IMG/VR virus record: IMGVR_UViG_3300025276_000005
Span: 1-57,552 of that record
Direction: 5' to 3' (one strand)
DNA length: 57,552 bases
Source of the DNA: a virus
Lineage: Duplodnaviria > Caudoviricetes
Position 1 is the first letter of the stretch. Every line of letters starts with the position of its first letter. The notes beneath the pieces are model-generated. The model did no database searches, was not told the origin of the DNA, and was given only the letters and a program-made list of their open reading frames with translations. The position numbers and the translations under genes were made by a program. Shown piece after piece: positions 20,427 through 29,740 of the stretch.

Positions 20427-20887
20427 TATATTTCCTTTAAAAATATTACTTGAACTAACCTCGCCTCATCACCCACTCCAAAGTTTTCTTTTATATTTCT
20501 AGAATGTAATTCTTTAGAGTCGAACCAACACATTCTATTAAACTTATAATCAATAACTTTTATACCATCAGGAATATAGACTGTTGTTCCTGCACCTTCA
20601 GGGTAATTTTCATTTAAGTAAAAAAGAACCGTAACATCACCCATCATCTCATCAGTATGTAAATAGTTTGGTTCCCCTTGTAAGTACGATGATTGACGGA
20701 TAAAATTAAAAGCTACTTTATAACTTTTAAATATACTTAATACTTTTTTTTCAAACTCATCATTATCTCTAGGCTGTATACCTTTAAATATACTAACCCC
20801 ATCAGAAACATCTACAAAAGAGTTACTTAAAACTTCTCTCACATAATCTTTAGGATTAGATAGCACGTTGTCAATTAAACCAAACAT
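20426..20887 (-). CDS. 2OG-Fe(II) oxygenase superfamily protein
   Basis: HTD...VLFYLN...GAGT...FNRMCWFDSKELHSR...RLVQVIF gives the HxD...H...R signature. Confidence 0.75.
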   Translation of the reverse strand: MFGLIDNVLSNPKDYVREVLSNSFVDVSDGVSIFKGIQPRDNDEFEKKVLSIFKSYKVAFNFIRQSSYLQGEPNYLHTDEMMGDVTVLFYLNENYPEGAGTTVYIPDGIKVIDYKFNRMCWFDSKELHSRNIKENFGVGDEARLVQVIFLKEI

Positions 20888-21450
20888 TAAGCCTTCATAG
20901 TTACCTGATGGTCAAACACCCTGTAAAGAGTCTCTCCATCTACTGTAAATTCATACTCGCTATCGGGAGTAAAGTATATCCTATCACCCTCATTAATCCC
21001 TTGGGATTTAAGGTACTCATTTGGATACACCATATCCCCCATAAGTGGCTCGTACTTACAAGACTTATCAATAAAACTATCTAGTACATCTATAGGTTTA
21101 ACAAAACAAAACCTGTCGTGACTATTCCATTTACCGTCTTGCTTATATAAATAAAATTGGTCGTTATCTACAAAGAATAAATCCTCCTTAAAGAAACTCT
21201 TACCACTCTTTCGGTTACCCTTAATATCGTTATAAAACTTAAACACGTTATGGTGTACCAATATGGTAGCTCCTATGTTTATAGGACCGTCATACCCTAC
21301 AGGAGTCTCAACTACTGTAGCTTGCCTATTAGAGAACTTATGCTCTTCCTCTGAGGTGTTAACGATAAATTCCATACCACCGATAGTCTTGGTGTTATTA
21401 TATCGCTTACCCTCAATAGGTCTTACTATAAAATTAAAAGGGGACTTCAT
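20887..21450 (-). CDS. GroES-like protein, apparently two tandem GroES-like domains (start re-called at 21450)
   Basis: FIVRP...ATVVETP...IGATILVHH followed by CFVKP...GINEGDRIYF...EFTVDGETLYRV. Confidence 0.55.
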   Translation of the reverse strand: MKSPFNFIVRPIEGKRYNNTKTIGGMEFIVNTSEEEHKFSNRQATVVETPVGYDGPINIGATILVHHNVFKFYNDIKGNRKSGKSFFKEDLFFVDNDQFYLYKQDGKWNSHDRFCFVKPIDVLDSFIDKSCKYEPLMGDMVYPNEYLKSQGINEGDRIYFTPDSEYEFTVDGETLYRVFDHQVTMKA

Positions 21451-21599
21451 TAAGAGCCACAAGCTTCACAATCCTCATCGTCTATATTGCACGTTTCGGG
21501 TTGGTCTTGTTCTTCAAGGTCTACTATCCAAGAATCCCAAGTGTTCCTTGCAGCCTCTTCAGCTTGCTTTTTTAAAGCTTCTGCTTTTTCGTTGCTCAT
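21450..21599 (-). CDS. 49-aa acidic peptide ending TCNIDDEDCEACGS, absent from the ORF track
   Basis: ATG at 21599 directly follows the upstream stop, and its TAA overlaps the next ATG (TAATG). Confidence 0.7.
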   Translation of the reverse strand: MSNEKAEALKKQAEEAARNTWDSWIVDLEEQDQPETCNIDDEDCEACGS

Positions 21600-21600
21600 A

Positions 21601-21825
21601 CTAGAAGTTTATATTGTATTCGATTGAAATTGGAATATTAGAGTTGAACTCCTTCCACAAAACTATAACATCCTCACGCTGAATCCAAATCTTATAAGAT
21701 AAGATTTCTCTATCGTACTGAATTAAATGTATCTTGTGTGACGCTCCTAGAATATCTTGACCTACAATGTAGTGCATCGCACCTGACTTGTAGTCCGGAC
21801 CTACAGATATTTTACGAATATCCAT
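21601..21825 (-). CDS. Hypothetical protein
   Basis: 74 aa, tightly packed in the operon. Confidence 0.65.
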   Translation of the reverse strand: MDIRKISVGPDYKSGAMHYIVGQDILGASHKIHLIQYDREILSYKIWIQREDVIVLWKEFNSNIPISIEYNINF

Positions 21826-21826
21826 T

Positions 21827-22432
21827 TTAATGAGCTTTTGAAATTCTTATTTGTGCAGAAGGTCCCAAATTAAGTGTTATGCCTGAACCAAAACTACTAA
21901 GTCCAAAGTTGGTAGGACACTCTGCTTTAACCTGCATTACATCTGATGCACTTGCCTGATACAAAAATGTGTTATTTAATGTATCAAGGTCAGATGCAGT
22001 TGTACCTGCCGTATATATTACTCTATTAACTTGAGTGTAATTTATTTGAACTCCTCCTACAAAAACACCGTAATATATAGCTCCCGTTTCACCTGCGCCT
22101 GAAGGGTTTAAAATTCCACCTGATAAATTTAACTCTACAAGGTAATCACCTGCTGTATTAAAAATAATTTCATTTGAAGCACTAAGACTTACGTCAGTAT
22201 TAGTTTGTGCTGCCCCAAATGAAACATCTAAAGGAGTATTATATCCTAAACCCAATTGTACAGCATCAGTTGCTGCATCTAAAGATAACGTAAAAGCGTT
22301 AGAGCTTGGGCTTAATAATAAAACATCTGATATAGTAAAATTCTTAGTAGCAGAGTTATCATTAGTGTCTGTACCTATTAACTTGTCTGTTAACGCAGGT
22401 GCTGTTGTTGTATACGAACTTATCTTTGGCAT
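21827..22432 (-). CDS. Short tail or head fibre-like protein
   Basis: N-terminal DKLIGTD...TKNFTISD attachment-like motif and a C1q/BclA-like beta C-terminus (IIFNTAGDYLVELNL). Confidence 0.55.
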   Translation of the reverse strand: MPKISSYTTTAPALTDKLIGTDTNDNSATKNFTISDVLLLSPSSNAFTLSLDAATDAVQLGLGYNTPLDVSFGAAQTNTDVSLSASNEIIFNTAGDYLVELNLSGGILNPSGAGETGAIYYGVFVGGVQINYTQVNRVIYTAGTTASDLDTLNNTFLYQASASDVMQVKAECPTNFGLSSFGSGITLNLGPSAQIRISKAH

Positions 22433-22435
22433 AGC

Positions 22436-22669
22436 TTATTTTTCTTCAGGTGGCTTTATCTCCCCCGTCTCAATGTTGATGACAGAGTCCTTACCGTATT
22501 TATCTATTAACTTTCTCTCTTGCTCAGCAGACTCCTCACGAAGACCCGCCATCTTACTCATAAGAGCCTGTTGCTGTAGGACTGTTTCACCTAGTTGCAT
22601 CTTGCACTTATTAAATTCTTTTAATGAACCTTGAAGAGTATCTAGCTCCTCGCTTGTTAAATTTGCCAT
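22436..22669 (-). CDS. Small coiled-coil protein
   Basis: 77 aa ending KYGKDSVINIETGEI; own TATATTTG box at 22691-22698. Confidence 0.55.
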   Translation of the reverse strand: MANLTSEELDTLQGSLKEFNKCKMQLGETVLQQQALMSKMAGLREESAEQERKLIDKYGKDSVINIETGEIKPPEEK

Positions 22670-22703
22670 TTGATTAGATTTAGTTTCCTACAAATATAGG
22701 GAA

Positions 22704-23093
22704 TTATTTCTTAGATGAACCACCAAAGAAAAAGTCAACAATAGTGTTTACTTTACTTGACATAGCTCCAAACACAGTACTTATAAAACCTATCTCGTAA
22801 TCAGATAACTGTATAGTGTTCATTACAAAATACTCGAACATAGTATACGATAAAAAGAAATAAGCCGATGTAAATATTATAGCTAGTATCTTCTGTATAT
22901 AACTATCGTCTTTGAAAAGTCCTCTCGCACTTTTTCTATCCTCAACTTCAAGAGCGTACATATCCCTTTCGTGATTCTGTACAACCTCTTTAAACTGTTT
23001 CTTAAGCTGCTCTCTTTCCTCATCCGTTGTAACTACCTCGTCAATAATCTCTGATGCTTGACCTATAAGTTTTCCTATTATGTTTTTAAACAT
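22704..23093 (-). CDS. Holin-like membrane protein (start re-called at ATG 23093)
   Basis: EVEDRKSAR motif, two hydrophobic segments and C-terminal FFFGGS; adjacent to the endolysin. Confidence 0.7.
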   Translation of the reverse strand: MFKNIIGKLIGQASEIIDEVVTTDEEREQLKKQFKEVVQNHERDMYALEVEDRKSARGLFKDDSYIQKILAIIFTSAYFFLSYTMFEYFVMNTIQLSDYEIGFISTVFGAMSSKVNTIVDFFFGGSSKK

Positions 23094-23541
23094 CTGCGTA
23101 CCTGTATTTAGTGTCACCGTCCTCGTCTTTAAACGCCTCAAGTACCTGCATTCTATTTCCTTTCTTTACTAAAGATACATGTATCCAAGAAAAATCAAAC
23201 TCGTTTATCATTTGGTCAAACTCTATGCCTGAATCTAAAATCCAATCGTATATAGCCTTATTGTTCATCTCCCCCATCTCCCAAAACTGCAGGTCCAATG
23301 CCTCACCTTTGCAGTGCTGCGAAGAACGACTGCCACCAATAGCACGATTGAGCGACGGGTTGCGATAACCACTACTAATCCTGATAGGACCAACAGCGTC
23401 ACGAAGAGGCTGTAAAAGAAAATCAACAGTACGTTGCAAGTTACGTAAGTGTTTTTTAGTCGGCTCATTATCTATATCTAATCTTTTAGCTGTACTACTA
23501 TTTGTAAACTCAGATAATAAAAAGTTTTTACTTACCCTCAT
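23086..23541 (-). CDS. Endolysin, peptidase M15 family
   Basis: ISSGYR...LNRAIGGS..SQHCKGEALD...WIHVS Zn-peptidase motifs. Confidence 0.9.
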   Translation of the reverse strand: MRVSKNFLLSEFTNSSTAKRLDIDNEPTKKHLRNLQRTVDFLLQPLRDAVGPIRISSGYRNPSLNRAIGGSRSSQHCKGEALDLQFWEMGEMNNKAIYDWILDSGIEFDQMINEFDFSWIHVSLVKKGNRMQVLEAFKDEDGDTKYRYADV

Positions 23542-23689
23542 TCTTCTTGTATGCTACGTGAAAATTATATATAGTGTAAGCAAGACCTATAATTAAAGCT
23601 GCTAACCTTAAAGCTTGCTCTAACTGTGTAAAGCTCATTCCTATAGCCGCACCGTTTACTGCTAGGTTTTTAATTACGTCTTTATCCAT
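23528..23689 (-). CDS. 53-aa membrane peptide, possible second holin or antiholin, absent from the ORF track
   Basis: MDKDVIKNLAVNGAAIGMSFTQLEQALRLAALIIGLAYTIYNFHVAYKKNEGK; overlaps the endolysin start. Confidence 0.55.
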   Translation of the reverse strand: MDKDVIKNLAVNGAAIGMSFTQLEQALRLAALIIGLAYTIYNFHVAYKKNEGK

Positions 23690-23743
23690 CTTTCACTATG
23701 CTTAGCATTGCTTCTAACCACTGTCTAACTACCTTCTTCATAA

Positions 23744-24037
23744 TTACCATTTTGTTTTGTCTGCCCAATACGCAGCAGAACATTTACCTTTAGCTATATT
23801 CTTTGCATGACGTGCCTTGAACGAACGTCTCTTTGCGCTCATCTTTGAGCCCTCACCTTTCTTAGGAGCCCCGGCTGTACTCGCACCCTGCTCACCAAAT
23901 CGTATTGTCTTTATCTTACCTTTACAATTGGTTACTACAATATGCGATTTCTTTGGATGGCTAGGAGTTCTCTTTGGCTTATTAAGACCTGAGACACCTG
24001 AGTTTTTTATAGCTGATGCTTTTCTTTTGCTGTCCAT
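23744..24037 (-). CDS. Small very basic protein
   Basis: 97 aa; NKPKRTPSHPKKSH...IRFGEQG...SFKARH...SAAYWADKTKW. Confidence 0.65.
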   Translation of the reverse strand: MDSKRKASAIKNSGVSGLNKPKRTPSHPKKSHIVVTNCKGKIKTIRFGEQGASTAGAPKKGEGSKMSAKRRSFKARHAKNIAKGKCSAAYWADKTKW

Positions 24038-24058
24038 ACGTACTTTATATTTGCACCG

Positions 24059-24424
24059 TTAAATGTTGCTGTCGTTGTCCACATCATTATCTTGAATAAA
24101 TTTAGCCGCTTCTGTACGTGTCATTAAGGAGTTTTTAGGATAAGCTTTATTCTTTCCAAGGTTAAGTAAAGAACTCAATTCACCATTAAGCCAACTAGCT
24201 TCGAGTTGAATAATATAAAACTTAGATTTGCCTATTTTTACCATAGGATTTATACCAAATTTTCTACGATTGTATTCTCCAAGCTCTTTAAAGGTTGGAT
24301 GTGTTACACCGTTTTGAACACCCTCTTCATCGTACTCAGGTATTCCGTAAGTACCTACCAATTCGTTTGGGATTAGCTTATTGAATGTTGTGTTATCTAA
24401 ACACAGAAATACATTTCCTCTCAT
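24059..24424 (-). CDS. Hypothetical protein
   Basis: 121-aa ORF packed in the operon. Confidence 0.6.
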   Translation of the reverse strand: MRGNVFLCLDNTTFNKLIPNELVGTYGIPEYDEEGVQNGVTHPTFKELGEYNRRKFGINPMVKIGKSKFYIIQLEASWLNGELSSLLNLGKNKAYPKNSLMTRTEAAKFIQDNDVDNDSNI

Positions 24425-24426
24425 AT

Positions 24427-24771
24427 TTACGATATTTTAACTGTTCCTCTATCGTTCCATAAAAAACCCGCATCTCTAGGCACTCTTGTTGGTAGACTAG
24501 AAACTGTTGTTGTATTATCTATTGAAACAGGAGCGTTGTCGTCAGTTGTATTTGAAACTGACTTTACAAGTATATGGCAAAAAGCTCTTAAGCTTTGTGC
24601 AGTTATATCACCCTCTCCTGTACTTTGAAATATCTCTTCAATAATATCAAGAAGCTCTGCTCTAGCTCTTTTTTCATCAGAAGAAACATCAACCTTAGTT
24701 AATGATTGACTTCTAACTTTTAACTTGTAAGAGTCTTTTATGTCTGTTGCTCTGAAATCTTCTTTTGCCAT
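24427..24771 (-). CDS. Hypothetical protein with a fibre-like C-terminus
   Basis: Ends LPTRVP..AGFLWNDRGTVKIS. Confidence 0.55.
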   Translation of the reverse strand: MAKEDFRATDIKDSYKLKVRSQSLTKVDVSSDEKRARAELLDIIEEIFQSTGEGDITAQSLRAFCHILVKSVSNTTDDNAPVSIDNTTTVSSLPTRVPRDAGFLWNDRGTVKIS

Positions 24772-24787
24772 TTTTGTTTATTTATTT

Positions 24788-27067
24788 TTATCCTCCAAAA
24801 TCACTTCCAAAATCACCGCTAAATGATGAGCTATTTGAATGTGAAGCTTTTCCAACATTAAAATTCTGTTTAACTTCAGACTGAGTTAAAGCTCTGTTAT
24901 ATAGTCTTGATTCGCCTATTAGGTTACTGTAAAATCTAGTAGATAATGAATCTCTACCTATATACTTTACTAGACTATTCGTAATATTAGCATTAGTTGT
25001 TCTTGTTTCAGTCTGAGCTACAGAATCAACGTACATAGAGCATAGCCCTGAATCTCTAGTAATAACTACGTGATACCAATCACCTGAATTAAATACATCG
25101 TTTGAGTAGAAAGGTAGACTACCAACGTACCCGGCTAATTTACTAGTATTATTAAAAACTCCAATACCTGCAGAACCTGCATCTGTCATGCGTCCTCCTA
25201 AAGCGATTATAGAATTTAAACTACTACCTTGAGATAAGTAACTAGCCTTAACCCAAGTTTCAATAGTAAAATTTCCTGTACCGAAGTCGAGCGAATTGGC
25301 ATCAGCCACCTCAGCATAACCACTTGCATATATATTAAACGAGTTTTCTCTTAATCTTACAGAAGTTCCTAAAATATCTTGACTTGGATTGTTTGGGTTT
25401 GCTACTAAAGTAACCTCATCCGATAAAGGAGTACTAATTGAATAGTCAAGCAAACCTAATTGTAGTATCCTAGGCTCTTGTTTTACATAAGTTGCACCAT
25501 CTATAATCCCTACTAAAACTTCTTTTACTGAGACATTGTCTATTTTTAAAGTAGTTGCAACACCTGTTCTTTTTACACTAAATGAAGATTGACCTGTAAA
25601 TGTTATTGTATGAGTTCCGTTTGTTGAAGGTATTGAAACATTACCATTCACTAAAGCTAATCCGCCTGAAACATAATCTGATATAGTATATGTTGCTTTA
25701 TAAATTAAGGTACTCGTTAAAGATGCATCCGAAGTTAGTGTTGAATTTGCGGGTGAATTTGAATTATCTAAAAAAGCTGCATCGCTAACTATACTCCAAT
25801 CCGAACCATGAGTCCAACGTGCAAAACCCGATGTAAAATCACCATTTTCCACTAACTCAGAGCCTAATCCAACTGCACTATTATAAGCGTAATCACCTTG
25901 CCCCTCTGTTAAAGCCCAATAGCCTTTTAAATTAGATAAAGCAATCGATGTACCATCTCTATCAGTTACTAAGTTTTGTGGGTTTGCGTAATCATATGCA
26001 ACATCATTGACCGTCCACTCATAATCATAAACTTGAATATTTGACATCTTACCTTCAAAATGGTCTGAAGTTCCTCCACCATCCCACTCTTGTCCGAAAT
26101 CAAATAAAGCAACATTATCCCAAAGAGGATTGCATTTAGCTACAAGAGTACCAATAGAACTACCATCAACATAAAATGTTAAATCTTGATTGCCACTTCC
26201 TGCTACTCTTGCAACTACAAGTCTGTGCCATTCGCCATCGTTGTAATTAACACCACCACTTAAAGGTATAGTGCTATTATATAAGCTTTGTGAATCATCA
26301 AAATATATACCACCTACATTGGCTCCACTTGTTTGTGGATTTACCCCAATTTTAAAAATATTTGTAAATTGTGCGGGACCACCTGAGCTTATTAAAATAT
26401 TTCTAAAAAAGTCAGTTGCAGGAGTCTTATCAGAATTAAACCATATAGCAAAGGTAAAAGCATCGCCTGTACTTAATGCACCTGCAAAACTATTTACACT
26501 TACATAATCAGTTGACCCATTAAAATCAAGAGCCTTACCTGAAAACAACTTAGCTTCGTTACAGTTATTTGATTTGTCAGGAATAAATTGAGCTACCTCT
26601 TTTACTGATACGTTTGAAATTTGAGCTAAAGTTGTTCCACCTGAATTTGAAGCTACTAACAAAAATCCATCAGTAGATACAGCTGTAATAGTTTTTATTA
26701 TATTACCTGTTGCTACCGAAAAATTACTAAGGTTAACACCTCCAACAGTAGCCCTTAGACCACTCCCTGAAGCACTATCTACGTAATACTCAACATCGTA
26801 TCTATTCCCAATAGTTAAAGATAAGTTTGTGCTTGTCAAGTTAGTCGTTCCTGCTACAGACGTATCAACACTAGCCACGCCACCTGAAATAGTCCAACCT
26901 GCTTGCTTAGTCCAATCTGTATCAGTAGCGAAGTTACCGTTAATCACCAACTCACACCCTAAAATGTTAGACTTCTTAAAATCTAACCACATTTTTAAAC
27001 CTAGTCTTACAATAGACCTACCTACTAGACGTGCTACTAGAATTGCATTTGCTATAGATATTTGCAT
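24788..27067 (-). CDS. LamG/concanavalin A-like lectin fibre (candidate receptor-binding protein)
   Basis: Two LamG-like units (FTFAIWF...WHRLVV...FYVDG; FTIETWVK...WYHVV...MYVDS...RLYNRALT) and two carbohydrate-binding-like repeats (LGxELVxNGxF...IxNVSVKEV). Confidence 0.8.
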   Translation of the reverse strand: MQISIANAILVARLVGRSIVRLGLKMWLDFKKSNILGCELVINGNFATDTDWTKQAGWTISGGVASVDTSVAGTTNLTSTNLSLTIGNRYDVEYYVDSASGSGLRATVGGVNLSNFSVATGNIIKTITAVSTDGFLLVASNSGGTTLAQISNVSVKEVAQFIPDKSNNCNEAKLFSGKALDFNGSTDYVSVNSFAGALSTGDAFTFAIWFNSDKTPATDFFRNILISSGGPAQFTNIFKIGVNPQTSGANVGGIYFDDSQSLYNSTIPLSGGVNYNDGEWHRLVVARVAGSGNQDLTFYVDGSSIGTLVAKCNPLWDNVALFDFGQEWDGGGTSDHFEGKMSNIQVYDYEWTVNDVAYDYANPQNLVTDRDGTSIALSNLKGYWALTEGQGDYAYNSAVGLGSELVENGDFTSGFARWTHGSDWSIVSDAAFLDNSNSPANSTLTSDASLTSTLIYKATYTISDYVSGGLALVNGNVSIPSTNGTHTITFTGQSSFSVKRTGVATTLKIDNVSVKEVLVGIIDGATYVKQEPRILQLGLLDYSISTPLSDEVTLVANPNNPSQDILGTSVRLRENSFNIYASGYAEVADANSLDFGTGNFTIETWVKASYLSQGSSLNSIIALGGRMTDAGSAGIGVFNNTSKLAGYVGSLPFYSNDVFNSGDWYHVVITRDSGLCSMYVDSVAQTETRTTNANITNSLVKYIGRDSLSTRFYSNLIGESRLYNRALTQSEVKQNFNVGKASHSNSSSFSGDFGSDFGG

Positions 27068-27070
27068 ATT

Positions 27071-27547
27071 TTACCAAAGGGCTACAATGTTAGTCGCTAT
27101 CGTTCCCGTAACGACACTTGCATTTACTTTAAGAACTTGAACAGGGATAAATAATCCTGCAGGAACTCCTACAAATTCAACCGTATCACCACCCACTGTA
27201 ACAACGCTTATCGTTCCTTCACCACCACAGTATAATACACATCCATTCTGAGGGTTATTTGCCTGTGAGTAGATAGTATACGCTGTATTAATTGGTATAG
27301 TTGCTGACGTACTAAGTATAGTAGAACTATCAATAGCAGTTACTGTTGCTACAACCGTACCCGCATATATAATATCACCTATAGCAACTCTTTTATTTAT
27401 AAAGTCACCACCTGTGTCAGTTAATTTATCTGTCGTACCTGCTGTTGTTGTACCTGATGCAGACACAGCCGCTATGTTAGGTATATTAACTGTATCGCTT
27501 GGGATTACCGCTAATGCTCTACCCGCTTGTAGTTTTTGATATGCCAT
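27071..27547 (-). CDS. Spike-base/decoration-like structural protein
   Basis: ALAVIPSD...LYCGGEG...VPAGLFIPVQVLKV...TIATNIVALW pattern, directly upstream of the lectin fibre. Confidence 0.55.
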   Translation of the reverse strand: MAYQKLQAGRALAVIPSDTVNIPNIAAVSASGTTTAGTTDKLTDTGGDFINKRVAIGDIIYAGTVVATVTAIDSSTILSTSATIPINTAYTIYSQANNPQNGCVLYCGGEGTISVVTVGGDTVEFVGVPAGLFIPVQVLKVNASVVTGTIATNIVALW

Positions 27548-27711
27548 TATTTCTTGTCTTTATTGTATGGGAAAACCCTGTTTAACGTATCCTTTCTTTG
27601 ACCACACCCGCAATCCTTGCCGGCAGCCTTAGCCACCTTATCAACGACAGCCTTTATTCCTGTAGCCTTAGTAAATTTCTCTACAGTGTCTCCTAATCCT
27701 TTTGATTCCAT
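27547..27711 (-). CDS. 54-aa protein (MESKGLGDTVEKFTKATGIK...DCGCGQRKDTLN), absent from the ORF track
   Basis: Fills the gap between two ORFs exactly; contains a CGC motif. Confidence 0.7.
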   Translation of the reverse strand: MESKGLGDTVEKFTKATGIKAVVDKVAKAAGKDCGCGQRKDTLNRVFPYNKDKK

Positions 27712-27948
27712 CTATCTAGCTTTTAAATCTCCTCTGTAGACAGAGTTCTTTCTATCCCAAGTATAGGTAATACCATTTTTAGTAAAGGGTTTTTTACCCG
27801 GCTCCATCTTTGGACCCGACTTCTTAGGCTTGTTACCATCAGACTTAAGGACCCCAAATGATTTCTTTTTCTTAGGTGGGTCTCCAAACGTAGATGCTAA
27901 TGGTTTACTTAAATCTCTTTTGTGCATAGTATTATTTTTTACATCCAA
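27712..27948 (-). CDS. Small basic protein (true start possibly ATG 27927)
   Basis: Lys/Pro-rich ORF in the operon. Confidence 0.5.
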   Translation of the reverse strand: MDVKNNTMHKRDLSKPLASTFGDPPKKKKSFGVLKSDGNKPKKSGPKMEPGKKPFTKNGITYTWDRKNSVYRGDLKAR

Positions 27949-28129
27949 AGTTTTTAGCGTAGTTAGCCATCTTGACTACACGCTCAGTGTATTTTCCTGT
28001 ATTCTTCATAACTGAACTAGCCGCACTACAAGTACTCTTAAAGCCATTGTTCTTAGCCCAAGACGTAAACTTGCCTTCGTTCTTCTCTTTAATCTGAGGG
28101 AACTTTTTTGTACGCCCACTAGCAGCCAT
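27932..28129 (-). CDS. Small basic protein
   Basis: 65 aa; IKEKNEGKFTSWAK...KMANYAKN. Confidence 0.6.
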   Translation of the reverse strand: MAASGRTKKFPQIKEKNEGKFTSWAKNNGFKSTCSAASSVMKNTGKYTERVVKMANYAKNFGCKK

Positions 28130-28347
28130 TACTTACGAATGATTGAAGTTAAGTGAGGACCTACTTTACCGTCCTTAATACACTTATGCTCGTATGACAT
28201 AGACTTGTCTCCACCATAAGAGTGACCTGAATCTTTCTTAGACATAGCCTTCGACTCATCTCTTCTAGATTTCATTGACTGACTCTTGTTGCCATTTCTT
28301 GCTCCCATAGATTCATCTAATCGGGAATTGTAACCTTGCTTTTTCAT
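28129..28347 (-). CDS. Small basic protein
   Basis: 72 aa; first gene after the TATCTTTG box at 28366-28373. Confidence 0.6.
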   Translation of the reverse strand: MKKQGYNSRLDESMGARNGNKSQSMKSRRDESKAMSKKDSGHSYGGDKSMSYEHKCIKDGKVGPHLTSIIRK

Positions 28348-28365
28348 AATATTGTTTTGTTTCTA

Positions 28366-28397
28366 CAAAGATAGTAAATTATTTTGTGCTACTTTTG
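28366..28397. promoter_or_regulatory. Back-to-back Bacteroidota-type -7 boxes (minus strand TATCTTTG 28373-28366; plus strand TACTTTTG 28390-28397)
   Basis: Both match TAnnTTTG and lie between divergent genes. Confidence 0.6.
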
Positions 28398-28425
28398 TTA
28401 CTACAAATCTACAAAATTTAATCTA

Positions 28426-28860
28426 ATGAATGAGGACTACCTAAAGTATTGGAGAGTTATACGCTACTTCGTAAAAGCAAAGTACAACCTAAGCCAAGGT
28501 GAGCTAGATGTTTTAATGTTCCTAAACTCAGAAGGGCATTTTGGTCAAGAAAAATTTGACGAGTTCAATGAATTGCTTAGTTGGGATAAGCATAGGTTTA
28601 AGAGGTTGTTAAGGGATGGGTGGATACAGGTGTTCAGAAAAAGGTGCGGTCCCACTAAAACGCTTTACATACTATCCTATAAGAGTAAGAGACTTATTCT
28701 CTCTATATATAAAAAACTAAGCGGGGAAGAAATCCCCACTAGCTTGTCAGGCAACCCTATGTTTGCCAAGAATGTAAAGTACACCGATAAGGTGTATCGA
28801 AATTTTATTATAGAGATGAACGCATTTATACGACAACAACGACATCGTGCTCCTGAATAA
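28426..28860 (+). CDS. Winged-helix (MarR-like) DNA-binding protein (start re-called at ATG 28426)
   Basis: YNLSQGELDVLMFL...FKRLLRDGWIQVFR...LYILSYKSKRLI. It is the only convincing plus-strand gene in the late arm. Confidence 0.6.
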   Translation: MNEDYLKYWRVIRYFVKAKYNLSQGELDVLMFLNSEGHFGQEKFDEFNELLSWDKHRFKRLLRDGWIQVFRKRCGPTKTLYILSYKSKRLILSIYKKLSGEEIPTSLSGNPMFAKNVKYTDKVYRNFIIEMNAFIRQQRHRAPE

Positions 28861-29083
28861 TCGTAAACTGCTCATTCTCAATGAACATAGAGTAACCCGC
28901 ACGGCTATCGTAATATATTGTGTCACTCTTGCTGATTACCTCAACCGATGTTCCGGGCTCAGCAACTATGGCTTTCTTGTATCTTATACCATCGACATCA
29001 TCACCTGATAAAAGTAGCCCTGACTTAGTCTTGACCTCTTCCTTAATTTCTTTGATTGCTATGTATTTTCCTATTGGTTTCAT
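28826..29083 (-). CDS. groES: Co-chaperonin GroES
   Basis: MKPIGKYIAI...KTKSGLLL...IVAEPG...IIQEHDVVVV. Confidence 0.85.
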   Translation of the reverse strand: MKPIGKYIAIKEIKEEVKTKSGLLLSGDDVDGIRYKKAIVAEPGTSVEVISKSDTIYYDSRAGYSMFIENEQFTIIQEHDVVVVV

Positions 29084-29740
29084 CTAGTATCCTGTTAAAA
29101 GTTTTAGTACGTCATCTATTGCTTTGTGTCTGTGGTTATCCTCTAGGATTACCTTAAACACGTGATTGCTATCCTTAATCTTGTGAACGTCATCAATCGC
29201 AGAGTTTAGCGATGAGGACAAGTCAATCTGTTGGTTATCTCCACAAAAAATCATCATCGAGTTTTTACCTAGTCTACCCAACGCCATACGTAATTGAGGC
29301 TTGGTTAAGTTTTGAAACTCATCTATTATAACAACAGCGTTGTCAAAAGTTCGTCCACGGAAGTGAGCTAGGGATACCAACTCAATCTCCTCGTTCTCAA
29401 CCATCTTCTGAATCTTCTCAGGCTTGTTGTACACCTTACGCATATTGGACATAATAGGAATAAGCCAAGGCTCTAGCTTCTCCTTCTCATCTCCGGGCAG
29501 GAAACCATTGTCCTCCGTAGCGACAGTAGGACGAGTAATAATTACCCTGTCGTACTCTCGCTTGAAGAACATATCGAGAGCCACCTGTACGGCTAAAAGA
29601 GTCTTACCTGAGCCTGCTTTGCCGACTATAAAACTGAAGGCGTGGTTTAGTATGTTCTCCTTTGCTCTTTTTTGCTCGTCTGATAAAGTTATATTAAACT
29701 TTACCTCTCCCCTAGGTGTCCTCTTTTCCTTATTAGCCAT
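29084..29740 (-). CDS. phoH: PhoH-like ATPase
   Basis: GKAGSGKT, ITRP, GFLPG, RGRTFDNAVVIIDEFQN, GDNQQIDL. Confidence 0.92.
   Translation of the reverse strand: MANKEKRTPRGEVKFNITLSDEQKRAKENILNHAFSFIVGKAGSGKTLLAVQVALDMFFKREYDRVIITRPTVATEDNGFLPGDEKEKLEPWLIPIMSNMRKVYNKPEKIQKMVENEEIELVSLAHFRGRTFDNAVVIIDEFQNLTKPQLRMALGRLGKNSMMIFCGDNQQIDLSSSLNSAIDDVHKIKDSNHVFKVILEDNHRHKAIDDVLKLLTGY

Noticed and set aside
24046-24053. Plus-strand TATATTTG as an antisense promoter in the late arm
   Set aside because: A single 8-mer in AT-rich DNA with no downstream gene or terminator is not enough evidence.
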